NCBI GenBank assembly: GCA_019828565.1
Contig: JAHDYR010000013.1
Span: 277,556 to 341,555, forward strand
Direction of reading: 5' to 3'
DNA from: Carpediemonas membranifera BICM
Lineage: Eukaryota; Protista; Fornicata
DNA length: 64,000 nucleotides
Positions 31,020-43,581 of this stretch are shown piece after piece. The position numbers and the translations under genes were made by a program. The notes under the pieces are model-generated. The model did no database searches. It saw nothing but the letters and a program-made list of their open reading frames with translations, and was not told where the DNA came from. Position 1 is the first letter of the stretch; each line of letters opens with the position of its first letter.

Positions 31020-32100
31020 GGTCAAAGCAGTCATTTACCTCGACGACTGGTTGATAAGTGCACCGAAAGAGACTCTCATGCAATACAAGAGCGACATTCT
31101 CCAAACTCTAGACGCTCTCGGCCTTATCATCAACTTCGAGAAGAGCGAGCTCAATCCAGTCTCCATTACGACCTTCCTCGGCTTCAGCATCGACAACAAG
31201 CGCCGCAGGATCTCTCTAGCCAGCGAGAAGCGCCTCCGCTACCTTCACCGCGTCGAAGAACCCATGCTATCAAGGCGATGGACGGGCCCAGCGTGGGAAA
31301 AGCTTCTAGGATGCCTCAGCTTCGCTTCAATCGCATGGCCGGACGGCCGTGCATGGCTACGCTCTCTCCAGACACATAAGCAAGGCCTAGAAGCCCAGAA
31401 CCTCGCGGCCCTGAGCGAGTGGGCCCACCGTCTCTCCCGCGAGTCGCCTACCAGATCATTCGACGACCTAGCGTCTCTTTGGGGTCTGAGAGAAGCCATG
31501 GACATCACGGTAGCTTCCGACGCCGCCAAGAGCTCCATAGGAGCCGTGATCAGGAGGCCCGGACAGCCAGACATAGCCTTCGCCAGACAAATCCACGCGT
31601 CCTCCTCCAAGCACATCACAGAGGTGGAGTTTCTAGCAGCATGCGAGGCCCTAGAGATGCTAACTCAGGACGAGGCGGCGTCCGGGCGCGAGGTCACGAT
31701 CTTCTCGGACTCGTCGGCCGCTGTCAGCTGGATCAACAGGCAGGGGTCCACGAGAGCACCTCAGTCCGTCATAGCCCGAGTGCAGCAGCTGTGGCCAGTC
31801 CTAGCAAGCAAGTCTATCTCCGTCAGGGCGGTCCACGCACAAGGGCACCTCAATGTCACAGCAGATGCCCTGTCTCGCTTCGAGCGCCTGCACTGGAGGA
31901 CCCCAATACTTTACCATACTGTCCTGGATCATGGACGCCTGGGGCCCCGTACAGGTCGATGTCAAACCTGCCAACCCCGTCGGACAAGCGTGGTCCGGTG
32001 CCCGTGTTTGGCAACCCCAGGCTGGTCCCGAGGCCCAACAGTCTTGGGGGCGCCCCAGCAGCGGTCGCGGTCAGTCTTGGAGCTGACCGCGGTTGATGGT
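31020..32100 (+). pseudogene. RT/RNase H fragment of a third DIRS-like family (C)
   Basis: IYLDDWL, FLGF, SDAA, ADALSR; homologous to but distinct from element A; 5'-truncated. Confidence 0.85.
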
Positions 32101-32210
32101 GCTCCGGTCTCCGGAAATCTTGACGCGATCATTCGCAGAACGACGAAAGGAGCCGATGCCAATAAACACCCTGTTGCCTGTTGCCTGTTCAGGCCGTGCA
32201 TAGCACGTGT

Positions 32211-32329
32211 GGCAAGGCCAGCGGAGCCAAAACTTCGGCGCGAGAGGTCGAGGATGATTCGATACGATCTCAAAGATGGGATCGTGCGTCTCATAAGGGC
32301 GGTTCAGTTGTTCAAGAGCGAACTGAAAC
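32211..32329 (+). repeat. ~119-bp inverted copy of element A leader/intron sequence (about 17568-17686)
   Basis: Near-identical (one substitution seen). Confidence 0.9.
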
Positions 32330-32449
32330 CGCGGGGCAGCCTTGCTCCCGATCCCCTCCATCGGATGGTGACGCTCGGCATCACGTAAGGTTGAGCGAGG
32401 TAATTTACTCCGGCTTACGCAGAGTTAGACCCGGGACGATGCGAGAACG

Positions 32450-35400
32450 CCCTCCTCGAGGAAGACAGAGCTATGACGGCGTTTGTAACACCTGACGACT
32501 ACGAGGAGTTCAACCGAGTCCCATTCGGGCTGACTAACGCTCCGAGTTATTTCCAGCGTACCATGCAATCCATCCTCGCCCCGGTACTCCACCGGGGGGT
32601 GCTGGTCTATATTGACGACATCTTAATCTACGCCCAATCTGAGGAGGAACTTATAGCACGCTTAGAGCAAACCTTCCAGTTACTGACAAAGTATGACCTT
32701 CGGCTTAGCCCGGCAAAATGTGTGATCGGCGCGGAGGAGTTAGACATCGTGGGCTTCCACCTTTCCCGCGAGGGGAAGAGCATCGACAAGCGACGGATTG
32801 AAGCACTCACGTCGATAGAGGCTCCGAGCAATGTTTCAGGGGTCAGAACACTCTTAGGGATGTTTAATTACGTGATCGACTTCATCCCAGCCGCGGCGGA
32901 CCTTGTGGACCCCCTCTATGAGCTGATCAGGAACGCCGGTGAGCCATTCGTATGTGGACCACGCCAAGAGGAAGCCCTCGTGGCCCTGAGAGAGGCGGTA
33001 GCCCAAGAGACCGTCCTGGCTCAGCCTGATCCCAGCCTGCCATGGGACGTTTACACTGACGCAAGCGACCGGGGGCTTGGGGCCGTAATCACCCAGGGAG
33101 AGGGCGCGAATCGCCGCCTGGTCGCCTTCGTTTCGAAATTATTTAACGCGACGCAGAGGCGCTGGGCCACCTACGACAAGGAGCTGTACGCAATCCTTCA
33201 TACCCTCACCCGGCCTGACTTGAGTCCTCTACTCAAGATGGTTAACTCGCTCACTATCCACACAGACCACCGGAATATTGTGTACCTCATGCGCCGCTCC
33301 CTCGTATCCCCCAAGGTGATGCGCTGGCGGATTGCTTTGCAAGAATTCAATTTCAACATTGCCCACATATCAGGCGAGCATAATGTGGTCGCCGACGCTC
33401 TTCACGGCTAGAATCGTCGACTAAGACTGTGAACAGTGCCGAGATCGTACCATCGGAGGAGGAGAAGCTGCGCATACTTCAAGATCTGCATGAGGGCGCC
33501 AATGGCCACCCCAAGGCAGTACGCCTTACGACTCTTGCGATGGAGGCGGGTCATGTTTGGCCCGACGTCTCGGCACTCGCCAAGCGGGTAGTCAAGCAGT
33601 GCTTGACATGCCAGAAGTTGCGCGCACACAAGCGAACGCCCCCGGCGAAGAACAGCACACACCGGTACACGCCCTTTGAATGCGTCCAAGTCGACACTCT
33701 CTCCCTGGGGCTAGCGGTGAGTACAAGGGCGTCTTGGTCTTCACAGATGTCTTCACGAAATACGTGGTACTGAAGCCGGTGAGATCAACCACGGCCGCCG
33801 AGACAGCCCAAGCAATGCTAGAAGTCTGGGCCCTATTTGGGAAACCAGCGCTACTTCAAACTGATGGCGGACCGGAATTTAGGAACCAAGTGGACGCTGA
33901 AGTCAACCGGATCCTCTCCCTCAAGCATCGTTACTCGACCCCACATCACCCAGCCTCCAACGGAATTCTTGAACGCACGAATGGAAAAGTCCTTCGTCTG
34001 TTGCGGGGTTTACTATTTGACAGCCAGGACTATGACTGGGTTCCTTTCCTCCCTTTAGTGCAGTACATCATTAATACACGGCCAACACGGGCCACGGGGC
34101 AAGCCCCCTTACGCCTAGTGACAGGCAATTCGGGATCCGACTCCGAGCAGTTTTCAGTCGCGCAATACGAGCGGGCGTGGGCCCTATTTAAGGAAATGTC
34201 GGCGGGCCAAGCCGATTGCCTGAAGGCGTTCCGCGACGCCCTTAATACCCGCCGTCTGCAAGCCAAGGCTCATCTCCAACGGTATAGCGAACGAAACAAG
34301 AGCGGCGAGGACAGCGACACACCTCCGAGCTTCCCGGATGGCTCCTTCGCACTCCTCCGCTACGTTGGCAGAGCTCCCAAGCTGCTCACCAGCCTCCGGG
34401 GCCCGATGAAGGTTGTACGAGCCGGCGAATCGCCCGCTACGCACGTGGTTCGCGACTTGGTGTCGCTGGCAGAGGTCCTGGTCAGCGATGAGCGACTCAT
34501 TCCTGTCGAGACGCCAGAGGACGAGCAAGCCCTGATCGCTAGACTTGCCGCCGAGTGCGGTGAGTACGTGGTCGACAATGTCTACAAGCACAGGGTCTCA
34601 AACAAGGGGTCCAAGGTCGAATTCAAAGTCCACTGGCTGGGCTACGAGCCGAGCGAAGACTCTTGGATTAGTTTTACCAGAGACACCGACCAGCTGGAGG
34701 CCCTAGACCAATATTTGCGCGAGAACCCTGCACTAGAGCCGACTCTGGCTCGTATTCGTCGCAGGTGGCAGGCCCGGTCCTAGCCGCAGTATTAGGCAAC
34801 TCAATCGGCGAGCAGCCAATTATGCTCAATTACCCTCCGGGAAGTAATTCTTCCGCCCAATATCGCTCTACACATGCTTGTTACACCTCTTTTGCGGGGA
34901 ATTTCGGTCCAAACCTCCCCAGTTAATCGATAGTCGATTGATTCCAAATTTTTGCGCATTGCGGGGGAACCAATGCCCGTGAGAACCTAGTGCTACAGCA
35001 GTACAATCACCTTTATATATCTCCCCATTTCCCTCGGGTTCAGCTCTCGTTGCGATCATCTTCCCCGTTCACTCTTTCGCCATCGACTCGTGTTTCGGCC
35101 ACCACACGAAGTACTCAGACCTCAGACAGGAGGTGGAGGTAGGCCGCTGCAAGGGCATATCGAGTACACCCTTCCCATTTTTTTTCGTCCTTCGCCTCCT
35201 CCTTCTTTTCGACTCATCGCTGGGTCGTGCAGGTTAAGACCCATTCAGTGAAAAATATGGTGACTCCGGGGGTCGAACCCGGTTCCACCCTGAAGGAAGA
35301 TCCTCGACCATCGGATGGGTTTCTGACACAATTTGCAAAGTGGCTTTAATACTCTCGGTGGGGGGGGAGGGGTAGTGTCGCAATACCGTATTAATATTTA

Positions 35401-37017
35401 TATATTTTATGGGTGTCGTCTTGGTCCTACTTGGTCCGAGACGACACCAGTGTGTCGAAATAAATTAGCATCGTTACAACAAAGAGAGCAAAGAAAGGCA
35501 AGCATGAACGCCAATGAGCAAGAAGAGCTAACGAAAGCGACGGCCAAGATCGCAGAACTCTCCGGAGCTTTGGACAAGCTAAAGGAGCAGCTCGATGACA
35601 AGACCGAAGAGAAGAAGCTCAAAACCACCGTGGCTCAGCTTCAGGAGGAGGCAAACCTTTCCTGGAAACGCCCTGCTTCCCAGTCGATGAAGGAGGAGGC
35701 TGAGTTCCTCGAAGACCTCTATCGAGCTTCAAGTTCGGACGCCTGAACGGCTATGGATTGCTCTCGCGCCTGTACCTCCGCCACCGTGTTCTGTGGTGTA
35801 AGGACCGGTATGGTTACCTCGTTGGTCTCTCGGTCGCCACTGCCGGCTCGGCGGCCCTCGCAGAGAAACCCGACATGGGCCCCGAGAAGATTGACAGCGA
35901 GGTTGTGTTTAAGACTCTGGCCAAGAACCCGCACCTCAAGGAGCGAACGAGACAGGACGAGGATTTTCGGAAGCCGAAGAAACCCAAGCGGGCAAACAAT
36001 CGGTAAACCGCCCTCTGTCCAAAATTCATCATCATCATTCATTCCCTCCTCTTCATCCATGTCCTCCTCAATCTCCTCAAGGATCACCTCCAACATCTCC
36101 TCCAACATCTCCTCCTCCGTCTCCTCCCCTGTGGTGGTCATAGACCACACTAATCATTTATACAGTTTAAGCCATTTATTGGCACAAGGGTTTTCTCTTC
36201 ATCTTTCCCTGTAAAAGCATTCTCCGCATTAGCGAGGCACATTAACGTTAATTCCCCTCATATGCTGAAGAAAACCGATGCCCACGGTTCCCGGCTCGTG
36301 GAGTACGACGACTCCTTGGCCTTTGACGACCTCACCGTCGCCTCACTGGACGACGATACATTTGAAGTCGAAGCCATTACTGGCCACCGCGGTGGCCCCA
36401 CGAAGAGTTCCCTTGAGTTCCTCGTCGCCTGGGACGGCTACCCAGGCGCCGATGAGTGGCTCCCCGTACCGCGAGGTCCGCGACCTCGAGGCCCTCGACA
36501 TCTACGCCGAGGCCCATCCGGAGCTGCACCTTTAGAAGGGAAGTGTGAGCAGTATAGGGTACTAACCCCAATACCAACCCTATAAACAGTTTGAATCAGA
36601 CTCCCTTTTACCTCGACAGATCACAGAGGCGGAGGCCAACCTCGTTGAACTTCTGAGTAGCGAGTTCTGTGAGATTGTTGGCCTCACAGCCGACCCCAGG
36701 CGACTGTAGCGGGCGGGTAGTGGTGGCTACGATGTCGTCCTGGAAGGCACGGATGCACCACCCAGGGAAAGCCTCACGAAAGACGTCCAGAATGGGCTTA
36801 ACGCCCAAGCTGAACAGAATTGGAGAGAGCGGGTCCCCCTGGTGGATACCTTCGGCCGACCTCATGGTTATGCCGGAGGTGGAGAAGAGGGAGCATCGTT
36901 TATTGCCATATAGCGACGAACAGTTTTGCGAGCGGCGAGGCACAGCCGAGCTTCGCGAGCCTGAGCGTAGCGAAGATTTCACTCTTATGGTCAGTATGTC
37001 GGGTGTGGGGCATGGCT
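32450..37017. repeat. Right arm of the 4568-bp inverted duplication (3' half of Gypsy-1, element B gag, Gypsy-4 chromo+LTR, CRE-like RT)
   Basis: Reverse complement of 5750-10317. Confidence 0.95.
32473..34783 (+). pseudogene. 5'-truncated duplicate of Gypsy-1 pol (two 1-bp frameshifts)
   Basis: Almost identical protein to the C-terminal half of 7982-12088. Confidence 0.92.
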
Positions 37018-40000
37018 TAGGTAAGCACGAGCGAGCGAGACTCCGGAGAGTGCAGTCGCCGGCTCATAGGTGGGTTCGTCGTAGCCTTCCCACTTCACCT
37101 TCAGTTCGAGGATGTCGTCCTTGACGCGGTGCTTGAGGATCTTCTCAACGATAAAAGTCTCCTCGTCTGAGGAAGCTAGCTGGCGGAGCTTGTTGAAGTG
37201 GTAGTTCACGTGGAACGGGAGCAGGTGATCCCGGTGGACGGTTGTGGTGGTGTTCGTGATGATGTCGGCGATAACGACGGCCTTGTGGTCGAGGATCTCG
37301 AGGATCTTGTAGGGTCCCAGGTGACCGTGCAACTTGGGGGTCCTGTTGCGCTGTACGAGGACTAGGTCACCTGGCTTGAGCTCGGTCTCTGCGGTCTTTC
37401 CTTTGGCAGGCGCTTCTCGACAACCTTACGTTGCGTCTCCTCCCCCTTCTTGGAAAGGGACTTCAGGTGGTTAGTGAGGTTGTCTAGGTATTCACGATGG
37501 GAGGATAGGATTGTCTCGAAGCTGTAGGGTCAGTCGGGGCGAGTAGCCGGGCTCTAGTGGCGGACGGGTCCAAATGCTCGCCGTAAAGCATGCTGTGGGG
37601 GGTGAGGCCTGTGGCAGAGCAGATAGAAGTGTTCAGCAAAAGCTGAACGGCAGGGAGAAAGCCTGCTCCACTCGTCAAACTTGTTAAAGTTGAGCGTGAG
37701 GCAGCGGAGGTGCTTCATCACTTCGGCGTTACGGCGTTCAACAACGCCGTTGGACTGGGGATGATACGGGAGAGTGTGTTGTTCGGTGATCTCGGCATCA
37801 GACAGGAGGGCCTTGATCACGGCACCAGTGTACTCCGGCCCGTTGTCAGCCTTAATGGCGGCAGGGATGCCATGACGGCAGACAAGTTGTTGCCAGATGG
37901 CAGAGGCAGCGGCATCGGCAGTGTTCTCATCGCTGGCATATAACTCCGTGTACCTGGTGAACATATCAACAAGGACGAAGATGTACTTGCGGCCGAACAT
38001 GTCTGCGGGGATGGGGCCTATGGTGTCAATGGCGACCGTGTGGAAAGGCTTATACACGGCCGTGGTCCCTAGGCTTGACTGAGCGAACTCAGAGAGTCTA
38101 GCCTTGAGACAGATCGGACAGGGAGTGGACGTAGGCGGCGATCTCTTGAGTCGCGCTGACCCAGGTGTAGCCGTCATCGCGGAGGCGGGTGTACGTGGCT
38201 CTAGCTCCGTGGTGGCCACAGTGAGCGATGGCAATAAGCTCTTGGCGTAAGCCCTTCGTTTGATCACAGGTCGGGATCATGCAGGCTCCGTTCCGGCGTC
38301 GGAGACCATCAGCGTCTACCGGCAGCTTGCTGATCTCCGGGTCCTCTCCTTGGAAGTGTGCCAGTCTGTCCTTGAACCGGGCATCGACAGATATGGCGGC
38401 GACGGGTTGGGCTGTAGTCTGGCCGTGGCCATACCGGCTGAGCGAATCAGCTATGACGTTATCCTTCCCGGGAACGTGTGTGATTTCAAAGTCGAAGTCG
38501 GCTAGCGTCAGACGCCAGCGGAGGATCTTGTCGTTCGTCGCGGACTTGTAGATCATGTAGATCAGATTACGGTGGTCTGTTCTGAGGGTTACATGCTTCA
38601 CGCGCAGAAGGTGGGTGAGGGAGGGGTGCGTGAAGGCGTATACGATGGCGAAAAGTTCCTGTTCGCAGGTAGCCCATCTGGTCTGGGTGGGGGTGAACGT
38701 ATGAGAGAAATAGGCCAGCACTTGTCTGCCCGAGTTGTCGTTGGGAGTCTGGTAGAGTACACCTCCGGCTCCGACATTGGAAGCGTCGGTCTCGAGGGTC
38801 CAAGGAAGGGACAAGTCTGGGTGAGCGATGAAGAGGTCATCGGTGAAGAGGGACTTAAGGGTGTTGAAAGCCTCAGTCTCGGCTGGGCCGAAGCTGAAGA
38901 CGGCGTCCTTCTCTAGGAGAGCGGTAAGGGGCTTGAACAGCTCATGGCGTTTCTCTGAGATGAATGAGGCTAAGAACTGGAACTTGCCGAGCACGGTCAT
39001 GAGCCCGTGGACATCAGTGGGGAGGGGAAGCTCTCGTAGGGCGCGGGTGCGCTCAGGGTCTACGTGAACTCCAGCCTTGTCGACAATGAAACCAACTATG
39101 GGGGCCTCGGAATAGCCTATTCGGCACTTCTTTGCGCCTAGGCGGACGTTGGCTTCTTCCAGGCGAGTGAGGGTGTCATCGAGAAGCTTGAGGAAAAGTT
39201 CCTCGGAGGAGTACATGAAGAGGTCATCGATGTACGGGTCAACCCCCTTATGGAGGATGGGCCCGAGGATAGTCTCGATACCTCGCTGGAAATGCGACGG
39301 GGCATTGGCAAGCCCAAAAGGCATCCTGGTGAACTGTTCATGCACGCCAGGGGCGATGAACGCGGTCTTCTCCTTGTCCTCGTCAGCCATAGGCACCTGC
39401 CAATAGCCTGAGGTCAGGTCCAGGGCGGCAAATCGGTCGCACCCACTTGCTCGGCGAAGGAACTCGCGCATGTTGGGGAGGGGGTGTCGATCACGGGTGG
39501 TGTGGCTGTTGAGTAGGACATAGTCGATGCAAAGCCGCCAAGCGTCCCCCTTTCGCACGAGGACTACTGGACTGGCATATGGGCCGGTGTTGGCCTCGGT
39601 GATGCCCTTGTCGCGTAAGTCTGAGACATGATCGTGCAGCCACTCCGTCTTGGCTGGAGCCAGAGGGCGTGGCTTCATGTTGACAATGTAGCCGTCGGTC
39701 GGGATGGTCATGGGGGGGAAGGCTGCCGGCTCTTCGGGGAGGTTTGGATCGAACACGGCGTCATGCTTGCGGAGGATCTCACGGATAGGGTCGTGTAGTT
39801 GATCAGGACATACGTCCACTTCATCGCTGAAGAACTGTGGAGCAGCTGAGGCTTCAGCGACAGGGACTGGGTCTAGGTACTTGTGGGGAGGGAGCCCTTC
39901 GGTGGTCTGGGGGTCTTCGTTGCAGTCGACGCCTGTAGGGACGAAGAGGCCCTTGGCGCTGAGGAAGCCAAGAGCTCTGAGGATATCACAACCAACGAGT

Positions 40001-40054
40001 ATGTGATCATCGTCGCGTTCGATTACGTGGAAGGTGGCCTCGGTAGTGACCATG
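36991..40054 (-). pseudogene. Gypsy-2 pol: protease C-half, RT, RH, integrase, chromodomain (frameshifts near 38115, 37655, 37415); 3' LTR absent
   Basis: ILVGCD, YIDD, TDAS, DTIGP, DNG, VERRN, KVKWEGY; rejoins 60430 onward in frame once the giant insertion is removed. Confidence 0.92.
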
Positions 40055-40106
40055 CAGTCAATTCTGGTACCTTTTCTGGAACAAATGGTTCCAGAATTGG
40101 TTCCAG
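40055..40106 (+). repeat. Left TIR
   Basis: CAGTCAATTCTGGTACCTTTTCTGGAACAAATGGTTCCAGAATTGGTTCCAG. Confidence 0.97.
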
Positions 40107-40527
40107 TTTCTTTGATCGATTTTGATCGAATCTCGCGGATCAGTTCTAAAGTTGGTGTGCGTACTCTATAGACCTAGCTTCACCTCTGGACACATTAATA
40201 CTGCATGCAGATGTCTCAATAAATATTTATGATCGGTTTTCGTATCGTCAGTGCAGGATAAGGTCGCATGACTTGGCCAAAGTCGCTCTTCAGAACTCGA
40301 TCGTCTGACACATACAAACGCTAAAAGTGGTTGGCAAAGATGCATTAGACCTTGTATATGACGTGTATAGACAAAATTTCGGGTGTTGCACTGTCACCTT
40401 CCAAAGGTGACCACGCAAAAAGTCTTGAAAGTGAACCTTCAATATCAAACTAGTGCTAAAGCAACGGTATTGTGCGTCATTTCCTCCAAAACGCCCCCTT
40501 TACGTGATATTGTACGCTCAATATTTG

Positions 40528-41757
40528 ATGAGTTCAAAATGGTGTGACAGTACGATGGCTGATAATACACGTGACAGAGACCTTTTGCGGAAGATTGTTG
40601 CAGCGATTATGGCAGCTTGCTTCTATTTTACTCCAGAAAGCATCGAATGTATGGAACTTGCTGCATCTGAGGTCATTTGGGCTATTCTTCCCGAACATCT
40701 ACAAGAATTGTTCAAGAAGAAGAGATTCATGGCGATGTACATCAAGCCTGCCATTACATCAACATTCAGCTGCTCAACCAGCCAGATCATGTGCAACACA
40801 ATGGGAAAGATTCGAGGATTGTTCTTGAAGAGAGATTGCGACATTAACATCGACCGGTTGCAGCTGGCCTTGCACGCTTTACATCCTGGCGAACATTTAA
40901 TTACCTGGGTGCCACCGGCTGTCGTTCGCCATCTCTCTTTCCAAAACTACTCGAAAAAGCAGGACAGGCGGTCAGTCTCCAGGATCAATATGCGCTCTGC
41001 ACCACAAGTGAGTAGTGTTGACACTGTCCGAGATGAGCAAGCTGCCAATCGGGCTGCACAAATGCATCTTCACATTGACCGCATATCTGAGCGGTTTACT
41101 TCGTGTGTCGCCGAGGCGAATGTTCTTGTGCGTAATGCGATGGACAAACGCAGTGTACTTGACCAGTTTACCTATAATCAGATCCACAACTCACTGAGAA
41201 TGTGCTGCCCGACATGTCTTGACCCATATAACATGATCTTCAAAATAGAAGACGAGCCAAATGTTTTGCAGTGCGACCAATGCCACCGCTACTACCATTA
41301 TACTTGTGAAGCAGGAGGTTTTGCCATACAAAGTGGCTACCTTTCAGACGGGAAGCGTTCAAACAACATGAGTCTGTGCGACAACTGTGCAGCTGTCAAT
41401 CAGAACGGGGAATGCTTTTATCGCACGCCAGATCACGATTGTACTGAGGATTTAACGGCTGACAGATCAGTGTCACATTGCTGTTACTACTGCAACAATT
41501 GGTTCTGCCGAGAGCACACAGCCCAGACGGCCTTTGATACCGGAATTGACATGCTACGTCGCCCATCTCAGCGTGTTGCTGTATGTGTCACATGCTTCAA
41601 TCGAATTCAGCTTGGTCAAAGACTGTTTAACGACAAGTTCGTGAGCACAGCTGCTTTGATATCTTGTCCCAATCCTGAAGCGTCCGAGCACACTGAGAAT
41701 GATGAAGAAGGCACTGGTATCGACACAGAGTCATCTGACAGTGATAAATATGATTAG
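40528..41757 (+). CDS. PHD-finger protein with a second Zn-finger
   Basis: CPTC...CDQCHRYYHYTC...CDNC (C4HC3), then CYYC...C..H...CVTC; first in-frame ATG used as start. Confidence 0.8.
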   Translation: MSSKWCDSTMADNTRDRDLLRKIVAAIMAACFYFTPESIECMELAASEVIWAILPEHLQELFKKKRFMAMYIKPAITSTFSCSTSQIMCNTMGKIRGLFLKRDCDINIDRLQLALHALHPGEHLITWVPPAVVRHLSFQNYSKKQDRRSVSRINMRSAPQVSSVDTVRDEQAANRAAQMHLHIDRISERFTSCVAEANVLVRNAMDKRSVLDQFTYNQIHNSLRMCCPTCLDPYNMIFKIEDEPNVLQCDQCHRYYHYTCEAGGFAIQSGYLSDGKRSNNMSLCDNCAAVNQNGECFYRTPDHDCTEDLTADRSVSHCCYYCNNWFCREHTAQTAFDTGIDMLRRPSQRVAVCVTCFNRIQLGQRLFNDKFVSTAALISCPNPEASEHTENDEEGTGIDTESSDSDKYD

Positions 41758-41837
41758 AGGCGCGCTCAAACCAACGTTTAGAGAAGAGCCCGAGAGAGAG
41801 AAGCCGGGAGAAGAGCCGGGGGAGAGCCCGGGGGAGA

Positions 41838-42133
41838 GCAGCAACTCCCACAATTCTTTGGGATACTGTTCTTTTGGTGTTGATGTTGTTATTGATGTTG
41901 ATTTTCTCCGCTTTTCGCTGCTTTGCGTTGTAATTGCAATGTTTTCTAGTACATTCCGCGCATCAGATCATTGCTACAACCTGAACTCGCCATTTTGGCG
42001 TTGCAATGAAACTATCCCCTAAAGTGCACACTAAATGAAATCAGAACAATTCGGGGCAAGTGGCGGCATTCATGCAGCTGAATATCTGCTTAGCTTGCCT
42101 TACTAGTCACCTTGATATGGCTGATGTGACGGG
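41838..42133. repeat. Partial copy (M0) of internal module M
   Basis: Matches about 56269-56565. Confidence 0.9.
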
Positions 42134-42240
42134 GATGCACTGATGAGTCTGCACATTGACACAAATTCATTTTTGATCGATGAGCCAACTACTCAGAGGA
42201 CACAGCCTGCAACAACCCTCAAAACCCTCTAATCTATCAG

Positions 42241-42834
42241 CTATTCGTATTTAAAAGTGAGGGACTCGACCTGAATGGTCTCCTTTGTGTTGCAGTTGCA
42301 ACGCCACAAGATGAAGTAGTGGAACTCTTCTTCATTGACCCCCCCCTCAATGAGGGCCTTGTACCACACTATAAACTCACAGGGATAGCACACCATGACT
42401 GACAAACCCCATCTATCGCCGATGCAAACATCGAAATCGAAGTTTTCAGTCGCGAACTCCTCTCTCGTTCTCGCTTTGCAACTGAGAGCGATCTTACACC
42501 AACGCAGATACGTCAGGTGCTGACTCATGATGCTCGATGCTTCATCCACAGTTGTGGAAGGGAGATCTCTCGTCATCTTTGCCGGAACAGAGCAGTGGAC
42601 AACACCTGTGCCGTAGTTCTCGGCAAGAGACTTAGTTCTCTCCGTGTAGATGGTCTCAGCACCCTTGGTTGTAAGCCAAAAGGTTACAAACGCCTCAACA
42701 CACGAAGCCTCCAACTTTGAAATGCTTGCGCTGGGGTTCTCGATGTTTCCACGTCTTATCATTGTGTACAATGAAGCAAGGTGCCTAAAAAGCAACCCAT
42801 TGTTGGTTTTCGCTGGACATTCTCGGAAGTGCAT
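42241..42834 (-). CDS. Hypothetical cargo protein (start uncertain)
   Basis: 197-aa ORF divergent from the SET gene; no motif recognised. Confidence 0.45.
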   Translation of the reverse strand: MHFRECPAKTNNGLLFRHLASLYTMIRRGNIENPSASISKLEASCVEAFVTFWLTTKGAETIYTERTKSLAENYGTGVVHCSVPAKMTRDLPSTTVDEASSIMSQHLTYLRWCKIALSCKARTREEFATENFDFDVCIGDRWGLSVMVCYPCEFIVWYKALIEGGVNEEEFHYFILWRCNCNTKETIQVESLTFKYE

Positions 42835-42861
42835 GTTAAGGTTGAAACGTTAAGGGTCGAA

Positions 42862-43566
42862 ATGAAGACAATCGCAATCCCTGCGATCAATGATGATGAC
42901 AAAAACACCCCCAAAAGCTTATCTCTTGCCGACTACGAGACGTTTATGGACCTATCGAAGCTATCTGATGAGCAGAAGAAGAAGTTCCTTTCCCTGAAGA
43001 CTAAAACGCCTGATTCCACCTATTCAGGTGAGGAATTCGACACTGCAGGCATTCACAAGGACAGGAAGCTTCACATCACACAGCAGGATAGCCTGATGGG
43101 ACTGAGCGTTGGTCAAGGCATGTTCAGCAGCCAGGCCGTCCAAGTCGGCGAAGTTATCGGCATTTACTGCGGTCATGTCATCACTACGTCTGATTCTCAT
43201 GGTGACTTTGACTTCCTCATCGACAAGACGGACTTTTGCGTGAGTGCTGACCCGAACACCATTGGAGTCCACCGAATCAACGACAATCCGGTGCTGACGA
43301 ATGTGCAGTGCAACATCAGCTATGTTCGCGTGTTGGTCGAATCAGATGAGCCCACGCTCCTTCCTCTTCTCTTCTTCGTGTGTGTTCGCACGATACGCCC
43401 GTACGAGTTCCTATCGGTTCAGTATGCCGATAGCTACTGGGCCAGGGGTGAATCAGAGCGTCTTCCACTCTTTGTTGTGTCATTCAAGACGCTTGTCGAG
43501 AATGCTAGGCTCACGAACATTGCTGACGCCCGGTTCCATGCCCGGCATTACTTACGCCTAGAATAA
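42862..43566 (+). CDS. SET-domain lysine methyltransferase
   Basis: GQGMFS...GEVIGIYCG, HRIND, RTIRPYEFLSVQY..SYW. Confidence 0.85.
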   Translation: MKTIAIPAINDDDKNTPKSLSLADYETFMDLSKLSDEQKKKFLSLKTKTPDSTYSGEEFDTAGIHKDRKLHITQQDSLMGLSVGQGMFSSQAVQVGEVIGIYCGHVITTSDSHGDFDFLIDKTDFCVSADPNTIGVHRINDNPVLTNVQCNISYVRVLVESDEPTLLPLLFFVCVRTIRPYEFLSVQYADSYWARGESERLPLFVVSFKTLVENARLTNIADARFHARHYLRLE

Positions 43567-43581
43567 GTAAATCCGCTGGTC

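Noticed and set aside
5750-37017. A single 31-kb element with 4.5-kb TIRs
   Set aside because: Arms consist of fragments of unrelated retroelements, begin mid-gene and have no TSD.
14151-40054. Frameshifts in DIRS, LINE and Gypsy ORFs as programmed recoding
   Set aside because: Many lie in short runs and differ between the duplicated arms; sequencing error or decay is simpler. Needs short-read polishing.
40053-40090. RSS-like heptamer/nonamer (TGCAGTC ... ACAAATGGT)
   Set aside because: Only 4/7 and 5/9 matches with a 21-nt spacer; not distinguishable from chance.
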